Assembly (NCBI GenBank): GCA_049792755.1
Contig: JBARBF010000079.1
Coordinates: 5,218-69,217 of the forward strand
Direction of reading: 5' to 3'
Length of the DNA stretch: 64,000 bases
DNA from: Bacteroidales bacterium
GTDB taxonomy: Bacteria; Bacteroidota; Bacteroidia; Bacteroidales; VadinHA17
Below are positions 55,927 to 63,555 of the stretch, piece after piece. Below the pieces are notes generated by a model. The model searched no databases and had not been told where the DNA came from. It saw only the letters and a program-made list of their open reading frames with translations. The translations under genes were made by a program, and so were the position numbers. Within the stretch, counting starts at the first letter, position 1. The number at the start of each line of letters is the position of its first letter.

Positions 55927-56673
55927 TTATTTGATTCTTTTCTGGACTTTCTTCCAGGAATCAGTAATAAGGAAACTCTGATCCATATAGCTTATCATTT
56001 TGCTGAACTTGACCATTGGAACAGAAAAAGTAAGAATCCCATCAGGGACACATGGCCTGGCAGAAACGTCAAACATTCCGATTACAGCCTTTGGTTGCAT
56101 TGATTCTTTTTCAAGGTATGGGAAATAGACCATCGATCCGCATCCTGCAGCAAATGGGGTTATAGTACCGTTTGGCTCAGACTGGTCATAGTTTGCGAGG
56201 GTAAAAAGTCCGGAAAGAATATCTGGTGCAGAGAAGAATATTGCAACCTCAGGATTATCATTTTCATTCAGCTTGTCCCATCTTTTAAAGACAATATATT
56301 TCCCTGGAATTTCTAACTTTTCCTGCTTTTTCATCAGTTCCACAACTAATTCAGGAGTTTGTTTATATCTCTCTCCTTCCATTTTATTTTCAATTCCGCA
56401 TGAAAGGAAATATTCAAAATTCGGACGCATTTTATCTGTAAATCCCATATAACGTTTTGCTCCACCACATTTCACTGATTCGGAGCTAAAGGCTAATGAT
56501 TCCCCCGACCTTACCTTTTGAAGCTGGCAAATTATGCAGTTCCACTTCCCTGATGATGGAACAATGTCAGCATAAGACGGAGAGTCAGTATAATAAAAAG
56601 TAACAGGAAGATCTGCATTATTAAAATACTTCTTCCATTGAGTGATAAAATGATCTCTGATTTCAGTATTCAT
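55927..56673 (-). CDS. DUF169-like protein
   Basis: 248 aa, soluble. The pattern ...CGGAKRYMGF... and ...AAGCGS... recalls DUF169. The assignment is from memory only. Confidence 0.55.
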   Translation of the reverse strand: MNTEIRDHFITQWKKYFNNADLPVTFYYTDSPSYADIVPSSGKWNCIICQLQKVRSGESLAFSSESVKCGGAKRYMGFTDKMRPNFEYFLSCGIENKMEGERYKQTPELVVELMKKQEKLEIPGKYIVFKRWDKLNENDNPEVAIFFSAPDILSGLFTLANYDQSEPNGTITPFAAGCGSMVYFPYLEKESMQPKAVIGMFDVSARPCVPDGILTFSVPMVKFSKMISYMDQSFLITDSWKKVQKRIK

Positions 56674-56728
56674 GATTACTTTCTTTTAATTCCATATACA
56701 TATATTTCTGCATAATTCGTACTTTCTA

Positions 56729-56830
56729 TCTTTGTGTCACTTTGTGTTTTACTTATTGTTCCTTTGTGATCAAATTGTTTTTCTTTTGACCCGAAGGTAC
56801 ACAAAGGTTATCACTGAGGCTCACAAAGAT
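56729..56830. repeat. CACAAAG-family element
   Basis: CTTTGTGTCACTTTGTG...CCTTTGTGATC...GTACACAAAGG...CTCACAAAG, with the motif clustered in both orientations. Confidence 0.65.
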
Positions 56831-56927
56831 GTTTTAAACAACCGTAGTCGGAAATTCCTGATAATTTACCATAAAAAATTTTAATTTTACCGGCCATTAA
56901 AGATAATTACTACTCTCTTAAATTAAA

Positions 56928-57830
56928 ATGAATTTCTTTAATCATCATCTGGGTGAATTTGCCGCTCTGCTGACGGCGATATTCTGGACAATTACCTCAC
57001 TTTCATTTGAGTTTGCCAGTCACAAAATCGGTTCTGTTGCCGTGAATATTATAAGACTTATAATCGGATTTGCCTTCCTGAGCGTATTCAATCTTATAAG
57101 GAGAGGTTTGGTTTTACCGGTTGATGCCGGTATTGAGAACTGGATATGGTTATCGTTGTCGGGACTGGTTGGTTTTGTGTTCGGAGATTTATTCCTCTTT
57201 AAATCGTATACAATGATTGGCTCAAGATTTTCAATGCTGATCATGACTCTGGTCCCTCCTATTACTGCCTTTTTCAGCTTTGTTATTCTCGATGAACGGC
57301 TTACGTTGTTTCATTATCTTGGCATGACCCTGACATTTTCGGGAATTGCAATGGCAATTTTCAGCCGGCAGGCCAAAGGTGACAAATTATCTTTAAAACT
57401 AGCTCCAAGAGGAATATTGTATGCTTTCGGCGGCGCTATCGGACAGGCTCTTGGTCTTGTCCTGAGTAAATTTGGAATGAAAAACTACGACCCCTTTGCC
57501 GCGACGGAAATCAGGATTATTGCCGGGATATTTGGATATATAATCCTGGTAACTTTTCTTGCACGGTGGAAAACTATTGGAAAGGCTACTCACAATAAGT
57601 CGGGCATGATGTTAACCAGCCTTGGCGCATTTTTCGGACCTTTTCTGGGCGTATCATTCTCACTTATTGCTATTAAATATACCGAAGCTGGTATTGCATC
57701 AACAATTATGGCTCTTGTTCCGGTATTCATAATCCTTCCGGCAGTTATAATATATAAACAAAAAGTTACACTTCCCGAAATACTTGGCGCCCTGGTAAGT
57801 GTGGGAGGTGTTGCTCTGTTTTTTCTATAG
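56928..57830 (+). CDS. DMT-superfamily (EamA-like) transporter
   Basis: 300 aa with 10 hydrophobic helices arranged as two 5-TM halves. Confidence 0.8.
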   Translation: MNFFNHHLGEFAALLTAIFWTITSLSFEFASHKIGSVAVNIIRLIIGFAFLSVFNLIRRGLVLPVDAGIENWIWLSLSGLVGFVFGDLFLFKSYTMIGSRFSMLIMTLVPPITAFFSFVILDERLTLFHYLGMTLTFSGIAMAIFSRQAKGDKLSLKLAPRGILYAFGGAIGQALGLVLSKFGMKNYDPFAATEIRIIAGIFGYIILVTFLARWKTIGKATHNKSGMMLTSLGAFFGPFLGVSFSLIAIKYTEAGIASTIMALVPVFIILPAVIIYKQKVTLPEILGALVSVGGVALFFL

Positions 57831-57845
57831 CTAATATATAAAGTT

Positions 57846-58271
57846 ATGATTCAGGAAGAACTGAAATGCCGGAACCTTGATAAAGAATTTATCTTCTCAA
57901 GTTCAAGAAGCAGCGGACCCGGAGGTCAGAATGTAAACAAAGTAAGTACTAAAGTTGAGTTAAGGTTTAACCTGCTTCTGACAACCTCCTTCTCTGATAA
58001 TGAAAAAGAGCTTATTTTTAACAAGTTAAAGAATAAAATAAATTCAGATGGTGAAATAATACTTGTGTCGCAATCAGAAAGGAGCCAGTTAATGAATAAG
58101 TTGGCAGTAACCGAAAAGTTCTACGATCTTGTTTCAAAAGCTCTGACAATTCAAAAAAGACGCAGGCCTACAAGACCGACATTGTCATCAAAAATCAAGA
58201 GACTCGAAGGAAAGCGCATCAGAGGAATAATTAAAAAGACGCGAAAAGATTATGGGGAGTCACTTGAATAG
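57846..58271 (+). CDS. arfB: alternative ribosome-rescue factor / peptidyl-tRNA hydrolase ArfB
   Basis: 141 aa. The GGQ motif region SSGPGGQNVNKVSTKVELRF is present, with a basic C-terminal tail. Confidence 0.9.
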   Translation: MIQEELKCRNLDKEFIFSSSRSSGPGGQNVNKVSTKVELRFNLLLTTSFSDNEKELIFNKLKNKINSDGEIILVSQSERSQLMNKLAVTEKFYDLVSKALTIQKRRRPTRPTLSSKIKRLEGKRIRGIIKKTRKDYGESLE

Positions 58272-58861
58272 TATTCAGTAATGCCTTTTAATCTTGCCTC
58301 TAAACGAATTCACCGGCACCATTCCAAGGCCATAAGCAACAAAACCAATGGTTATAATCCTAAGTCCCTGTATTCCGGACTTAATAATGATATAATTATA
58401 AGTTTGGTTCAGGGTCAGAAGATAACGAACAAAACCATCTGGTTAATGTTTAAGTTTTTTAATTGCAGTAACGAGAATTAATTAAAAAAAAATTGTGGCA
58501 CGATTATTGAAAATCTCTGTATCAAAAATTTCAATGTTAAACAAAGAGGATTCAGAATGAATTAATTTTAAGATTTAAGTATGATTCGAAATTTTAATAT
58601 CAAAAAACTACCAAATTTATTTATATTCTGCTTTTATTGAGTAATCAACGTAATATGTTATTAATCAATATTATAAGATAGATAAAAACCTTACGGAAAA
58701 AATCGATTGTTAATAAAATGCCAATAGTGTTAATATTTCTGGTGGTCAAATGACACATTGTATTTATAGATTATATATTTTCGTGGCTAATTATTTTGAA
58801 TAAACAGTATTAATTTAAAACAATTAAACTAAAAAGAAAAGGTGAAAATTTTCATCATCTG

Positions 58862-59013
58862 CTATGAACGCTAACAATAATGAGGCTACGACGCTCCACG
58901 GAGAGAGTCGCCTCGTGGGTTGCTCTTCTGATGAAGAGCCTGGCGCGAAAACCACGATTTTTTCGCAAAACGAAATCCCAATTCCGTTAGTTAGCAACCG
59001 AAGTTCGGAGTTC
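58862..59013 (+). promoter_or_regulatory. candidate structured 5' leader of the KamA-like gene (alternatively a 50-codon N-terminal extension)
   Basis: A locally GC-richer block sits in a 740-bp AT-rich gap. Hairpins include GAGGC-TA-CGAC...GTCGCCTC. GCTCTTC-TGAT-GAAGAGC is nested in CGTGG...CCACG. CCGA-AGTT-TCGG lies just before the ATG at 59014. Confidence 0.3.
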
Positions 59014-60105
59014 ATGCACCGCTACTTCCCCCTAACGACTATCGATTCCTGGAATGATTGGAAATGGCAACTTCGGAATGCTTTCACCAGCATCGAAGAT
59101 CTAAAGAAAATCATGAAATTGTCCGAGAAGGAGATTATGGCTATTAACAATCTAAAAGGCCGTCTGCCGATAAGGATTACACCCTATTTTGCTTCATTGA
59201 TTTACGACAGCAAACCATCGCATCCTTTGCGCCGCAATGTTATACCTGTTGTAGAAGAACTGCTGGAAACAAGTAGTGAACAGTCTGATCCTCTGCATGA
59301 AAAATCATTTTCACCTGTTAAAGGAATCGTTCATAGGTACCCCGACAGGGTGTTATTTACAGTAACCCAGGTTTGTTCAAATTATTGCAGATATTGTACG
59401 CGATCACATTCGGTAGGGAGACTGGATAAACTTGGTAGACAGGATTTCGAAAAGGCATTTAATTATATTGCCGCTCATAAGGAGGTACGTGATGTGCTTA
59501 TAAGTGGTGGTGATCCGCTGACATTAAATGACGAGACACTCGATTACATCCTTTCCAATATCAGAAGTATTGAGCATGTTGAAATAATAAGAATAGGAAC
59601 CAGGATTCCTGTTGTACTGCCACAGCGAATTACCGATAATCTGATAACTATTCTTAGAAAATATCACCCGCTTTTCATCAGTCTGCATTTCTCGCACCCT
59701 GATGAGATAACGGATGAATGTGCAAAAGCCTGTATCAAACTGGCCGATGGGGGATTTCCTCTTGGAAGCCAGACAGTTCTTTTAAAAGGTATAAATGATA
59801 ATGTTCCTGTTATGAAGGAACTTATGCATAGATTACTAAAGATAAGGGTAAGGCCTTATTATCTTTATCAATGTGATTTAATACCAGGATCAGGGCATTT
59901 CAGAACTACTGTTAAAAAAGGTCTTGAAATAATAAAAGGACTCAGAGGCTTCACAAGTGGTTATGCCGTACCTACGTTTGTTGTTGATGCTCCCGGTGGC
60001 GGAGGAAAAATTCCATTGCTCCCAAACTATGTTGTTGAACACAATGATGAACGGATAGTATTGCGTAACTACAAAGGTGTGTTATGCGAATATCCTGAAA
60101 AATAG
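59014..60105 (+). CDS. KamA-family radical SAM/PLP aminomutase (lysine 2,3-aminomutase-like, short form)
   Basis: From the ATG at 59014 it aligns from residue 1 with the clostridial lysine 2,3-aminomutase (KamA), as I recall that sequence: WNDWKWQLRN, CSNYCRYCTRS, PYYLYQCDL..GHFRT and FVVDAPGGGGK. It ends about 50 aa earlier, so the C-terminal Cys-rich segment is missing. Confidence 0.85.
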   Translation: MHRYFPLTTIDSWNDWKWQLRNAFTSIEDLKKIMKLSEKEIMAINNLKGRLPIRITPYFASLIYDSKPSHPLRRNVIPVVEELLETSSEQSDPLHEKSFSPVKGIVHRYPDRVLFTVTQVCSNYCRYCTRSHSVGRLDKLGRQDFEKAFNYIAAHKEVRDVLISGGDPLTLNDETLDYILSNIRSIEHVEIIRIGTRIPVVLPQRITDNLITILRKYHPLFISLHFSHPDEITDECAKACIKLADGGFPLGSQTVLLKGINDNVPVMKELMHRLLKIRVRPYYLYQCDLIPGSGHFRTTVKKGLEIIKGLRGFTSGYAVPTFVVDAPGGGGKIPLLPNYVVEHNDERIVLRNYKGVLCEYPEK

Positions 60106-60114
60106 GGCTTTTAA

Positions 60115-61083
60115 ATGAAAGTTGGTTTAACGTTTGATCTGCGGTCATGGTATACTGATCGTGGATATTCCATGGATGAAACTGCCGAATTCGACAAGCA
60201 GGAAACTGTCGACGCACTTGAAAATTCATTGAAACAGATGGGATACGAAACAGAACCCATCGGAAATGCTTTTCAATTGATAGATGCTCTTGCTGCAGGA
60301 AAGAGATGGGATATTGTTTTTAACATTGCAGAAGGATTGTACGGCGACGGAAGAGAATCTGTGGTTCCTGCTATTCTTGATCAATACAAAGTCCCCTATG
60401 TATTCAGTGGACCAGTAATAATGGGATTATCACTTAACAAGCATCTGGCAAAACTCGTGGTTGCTTCTGCAGGAGTGCCGGTTAGTCCCGGTTACCTGAT
60501 AACTGAGTTCAAAGATCTCAGCAAATGCAATCTCAAATATCCTCTCTTTGTTAAACCGGTGTCTGAAGGTACGGGCAAGGGAATTACCGAGAAAAGTCAT
60601 GTTCACACCCTTATTGAACTTGAGAAAATGGTCGAATGGATTCTTAAGGAATTCCATCAACCTGCACTCGTTGAAGAATATCTGCCCGGAAGGGAATTTA
60701 CTGTCGGTGTTGTAGGATATGGTGAGGATGCAATTGCAATTGGAGGCATGGAAGTAATGACTAAAAACAACCTGCCGTATTCGGTCGAAGTAAAAGAGAA
60801 TTATCAGAATTATTGTAGTTACAAACCTCTTGACGCTGATATTATTGACGAATGCAAATCCGTTGCACTAGGCGCCTGGAAAGCATTGAATGCAGTCGAT
60901 GCCGGAAGAGTCGATCTGAAAGCCGACCGTAACGGTAAGATATGTTTTATAGAAGCGAATCCACTTGCCGGATTAAACCCCATTCATTCAGACCTGCCCA
61001 TTTTATCAAGAATGTATGGTATTGATTACCAGTCATTAATGGAGATGATAATGAAGGCTGCTCTTAAGAGGATCGAGGGGTAA
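60115..61083 (+). CDS. ATP-grasp ligase, D-Ala-D-Ala-ligase-like (1)
   Basis: 322 aa. Contains LNKHLAKLVVASAGVPVSPG, EEYLPGREFTVGVVG and GRVDLKADRNGKICFIEANPLAGL. Confidence 0.8.
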   Translation: MKVGLTFDLRSWYTDRGYSMDETAEFDKQETVDALENSLKQMGYETEPIGNAFQLIDALAAGKRWDIVFNIAEGLYGDGRESVVPAILDQYKVPYVFSGPVIMGLSLNKHLAKLVVASAGVPVSPGYLITEFKDLSKCNLKYPLFVKPVSEGTGKGITEKSHVHTLIELEKMVEWILKEFHQPALVEEYLPGREFTVGVVGYGEDAIAIGGMEVMTKNNLPYSVEVKENYQNYCSYKPLDADIIDECKSVALGAWKALNAVDAGRVDLKADRNGKICFIEANPLAGLNPIHSDLPILSRMYGIDYQSLMEMIMKAALKRIEG

Positions 61084-61122
61084 CAATCTTAAAGTTTATA
61101 TTAATGCAGAGTGTGGAAAAGT

Positions 61123-62088
61123 ATGAGGAGATGTTGTATTATCTATAACGAACCAGGTGAAGGCGCTTTAGCTGATGAACTTGATGTACTTGATCAGGTG
61201 GCTCATATTGAAAAACACCTGGCAGATCTTGGAATATCTGTATATAGAAAAGGCATCACGGAACAATTCATGTTTGAGATTGCAGAAATGGTTAAAGAGA
61301 AACCCGATTTTGTTTTTAACCTGGTTGAATCGATCAACAATAAAGGTGAACTGATTTATTTTGTTCCGGCTCTTCTGAATTTATATTCTATTCAATATTC
61401 TGGTAATTCACTTGAATCAATATTTCTTACAACAAATAAGACTATCTGCAGTAATATGATGAAAAAGGCAGGAATCAAAAACCCCGGGGCCTACCTGCCT
61501 TCAAAACCAAAACTTCTTAAACCTGGTAGAAAATATATCATTAAACCAATCTGGGAGGATGGTTCTCTGGGAATAACTTCTGAATCAGTATTTGAATGCA
61601 AACCAGGCTTTGAAACCAGATTAAAAGGACTCGATGATTCTCACTGGTTCATTGAAGATTATATCGATGGAAGGGAATTCAATATAAGTGTATTGGCTGG
61701 TAAAGACGGTCCTGAAGTGCTGCCTCCTGCCGAGATAATTTTTGTGGACTATGATGCAGGCAGACCAAGAATCATCGATTTTAAAGCTAAATGGGAGATG
61801 GATAGTTTTGAATATATAAATACGGTAAGGGAGTTTCCGGGAAGCAAAATCAGCAATCAACTGGCATCAAATCTAAAAGAAGCAGCTCTTTCATGCTGGC
61901 ATTTATTTGGATTAAAAGGTTATGCAAGAGTGGATGTCAGAACAGATAGTGATGATAATGTTTATGTGATTGAAATAAACGGGAATCCATGCATTTCACC
62001 TGATGGTGGTTTTGTTGCTGCTACAAGGGAAGCGGGATATCCTTTCACAGAAGTTTTGCAGAGAATAATTGATGATTTGAACTGGTAG
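61123..62088 (+). CDS. ATP-grasp ligase, D-Ala-D-Ala-ligase-like (2)
   Basis: About 321 aa from the ATG at 61123 (the track start is a GTG at 61111). Contains EDYIDGREFNISVLAG and ARVDVRTDSDDNVYVIEINGNPCISPD. Confidence 0.8.
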   Translation: MRRCCIIYNEPGEGALADELDVLDQVAHIEKHLADLGISVYRKGITEQFMFEIAEMVKEKPDFVFNLVESINNKGELIYFVPALLNLYSIQYSGNSLESIFLTTNKTICSNMMKKAGIKNPGAYLPSKPKLLKPGRKYIIKPIWEDGSLGITSESVFECKPGFETRLKGLDDSHWFIEDYIDGREFNISVLAGKDGPEVLPPAEIIFVDYDAGRPRIIDFKAKWEMDSFEYINTVREFPGSKISNQLASNLKEAALSCWHLFGLKGYARVDVRTDSDDNVYVIEINGNPCISPDGGFVAATREAGYPFTEVLQRIIDDLNW

Positions 62089-62112
62089 AGACGCCCAATT
62101 TGGGCGTCTCTA
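62086..62112. terminator. shared bidirectional terminator hairpin containing both stop codons
   Basis: Perfect 12-bp stem TAGAGACGCCCA / TGGGCGTCTCTA with loop ATT. TAG (62086-62088) ends the plus-strand gene, and CTA (62110-62112) is the minus-strand stop. Confidence 0.7.
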
Positions 62113-62559
62113 CTTAATAAGATTTGCATTATAATATTGAGGAATGCCGGTAACTTCCTCTCCCAGCCATGACGGTTTGTCGAAAAGCTCATCATCAGAA
62201 CCAAGCTCAATTTCCGCAATAATCAGGCCTTCATTCTTTTCATGAAAGACATCGACCTCGAATATGTGTTTTCCAGACTGTATAAGATATCGTGTTTTGA
62301 CAATTCTTCCAGGTATACATATACCCATCATTCCTTCGGCATCTGTCACAGGTATCTGAACTTCCCATTCGTTTCTGGTTATTGAGTTCTTATGAGGTCT
62401 CGATTTAACTGTAAGAAAAGCTTTATCATCAGCAATCCTTAGTCTGATGGTTTTTTCGGCATCTATCGTCAGGTATGATTGAAATATTTTTATCTCTTTG
62501 AATGCCAGGTGTCTGAATTCGCTTTTGACCAGAAATTTACGTTCTGTTTCCGTTGCCAT
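62110..62559 (-). CDS. CYTH domain protein (CyaB/thiamine-triphosphatase fold)
   Basis: From the ATG at 62559: MATETERKFLV (the ExExK signature), followed by ...IAEIEL... Confidence 0.8.
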   Translation of the reverse strand: MATETERKFLVKSEFRHLAFKEIKIFQSYLTIDAEKTIRLRIADDKAFLTVKSRPHKNSITRNEWEVQIPVTDAEGMMGICIPGRIVKTRYLIQSGKHIFEVDVFHEKNEGLIIAEIELGSDDELFDKPSWLGEEVTGIPQYYNANLIK

Positions 62560-62590
62560 TTTTATTGTAAAGCTAAAAAACAAAATCCAA

Positions 62591-62692
62591 TAACCACAAA
62601 GGTCACCAAGGCTTTCTCAAAAACGGCAAAGCATAGATTTTTAATGCTTTGTCTTTGTGTACTTTGTGCCTCCTTCGCGTCCTTTGTGGTTA
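62591..62692. repeat. 102-bp palindromic element with 12-bp terminal inverted repeats (CACAAAG family)
   Basis: TAACCACAAAGG at 62591-62602 and CCTTTGTGGTTA at 62681-62692. An internal 8-bp hairpin CAAAGCAT...ATGCTTTG is present. Confidence 0.8.
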
Positions 62693-62726
62693 GATGATCT
62701 TATATTTTTTTAACTTAGCAAAAAAA

Positions 62727-63392
62727 ATGGAAGTGAGAATCGAACCGACCTGGAAGTCAAGACTTCATGCAGAATTTGAAAAGGAATACTTTATCAGACT
62801 TACTGAATTTGTTAAAGAAGAATACAGGCTAAAAACCATCTATCCTCCCGGAAGTCTGATTTTTAATGCATTCAACCTTTGTCCTTTTCAGAATGTCAAA
62901 GCCGTGATAATAGGCCAGGATCCTTACCATGGTCCGGGACAAGCGCATGGGTTATGCTTTTCCGTAAGAGAAGGTGTCGAATTTCCTCCTAGTTTGGTGA
63001 ATATATTCAAAGAAATAGAATCGGATCTGGGCATTCAAAAACCTATAAATGGAAACCTTGACAGGTGGGCTGCCCAGGGTGTTCTACTTCTAAACGCTAC
63101 ACTGACCGTAAGAGCTCATCAGGCCGGATCACATCAGAAAAAAGGCTGGGAACAATTTACTGATAGTGTCATTAATACACTTAATAATGAAAAGCAGCAT
63201 ATTGTTTTTTTTCTGTGGGGGGCATATGCTCAGAAAAAGGGTGAAGCAATTGACAGATCAAAACAACTGGTGTTAGAATCTGTTCACCCCTCTCCTCTCT
63301 CCGCCACAAGAGGTTTCTTTGGAAACAAACATTTCAGCAGATGCAATGAATACCTTGAAGCACACGGCGTTGAACCCATAAACTGGCAATAA
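62727..63392 (+). CDS. ung: uracil-DNA glycosylase (family 1)
   Basis: From the ATG at 62727. GQDPYHGPGQAHGLCFSV and HPSPLSA motifs are present. Confidence 0.92.
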   Translation: MEVRIEPTWKSRLHAEFEKEYFIRLTEFVKEEYRLKTIYPPGSLIFNAFNLCPFQNVKAVIIGQDPYHGPGQAHGLCFSVREGVEFPPSLVNIFKEIESDLGIQKPINGNLDRWAAQGVLLLNATLTVRAHQAGSHQKKGWEQFTDSVINTLNNEKQHIVFFLWGAYAQKKGEAIDRSKQLVLESVHPSPLSATRGFFGNKHFSRCNEYLEAHGVEPINWQ

Positions 63393-63394
63393 AT

Positions 63395-63555
63395 AAGGTT
63401 AAGGCTGAGGCTGAAGCTGAGGCTGAGGTTGAGGTTGAGGTTGAGGTTAAGAATACCAATACCAATACCAATACCAATACCTAAGACTCAACCTTAACCT
63501 TAACCTTAACCTTAACCTTAACCTTAACCTTAACCTTAACCTTAACCTTAACCTT
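63395..63555. repeat. three abutting hexamer microsatellites forming a long hairpin
   Basis: About 9 x (A/G)AGG(C/T)T at 63395-63450, 5 x AATACC at 63451-63480, and 11 x AACCTT at 63490-63555. The array fills the entire gap between two convergent genes. Confidence 0.9.

Noticed and set aside
58281-58481. 66-aa ORF in the AT-rich gap after arfB
   Set aside because: The translation is AT-driven and low-complexity, with no motif. It is most likely non-coding.
58496-58510. Sigma-54-like -24/-12 element TGGCACGATTATTGA
   Set aside because: It matches TGGCAC-N5-TTG, but the conserved C of the -12 GC is an A. It lies about 515 nt upstream of the nearest start codon. A match of this quality is expected roughly once by chance in a window of this size on two strands.
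58864-59013. 50-codon N-terminal extension of the KamA-like protein, as given in the ORF track
   Set aside because: Not firmly rejected. Clostridial KamA aligns from the Met at 59014, and the extension is hairpin-rich. I therefore prefer a leader RNA, but the open frame leaves coding possible.
63395-63555. Hexamer arrays as a CRISPR array or telomere-like repeat
   Set aside because: The units are 6 bp with no spacers, and no cas genes are present. The array is internal, lying between two ordinary bacterial genes.
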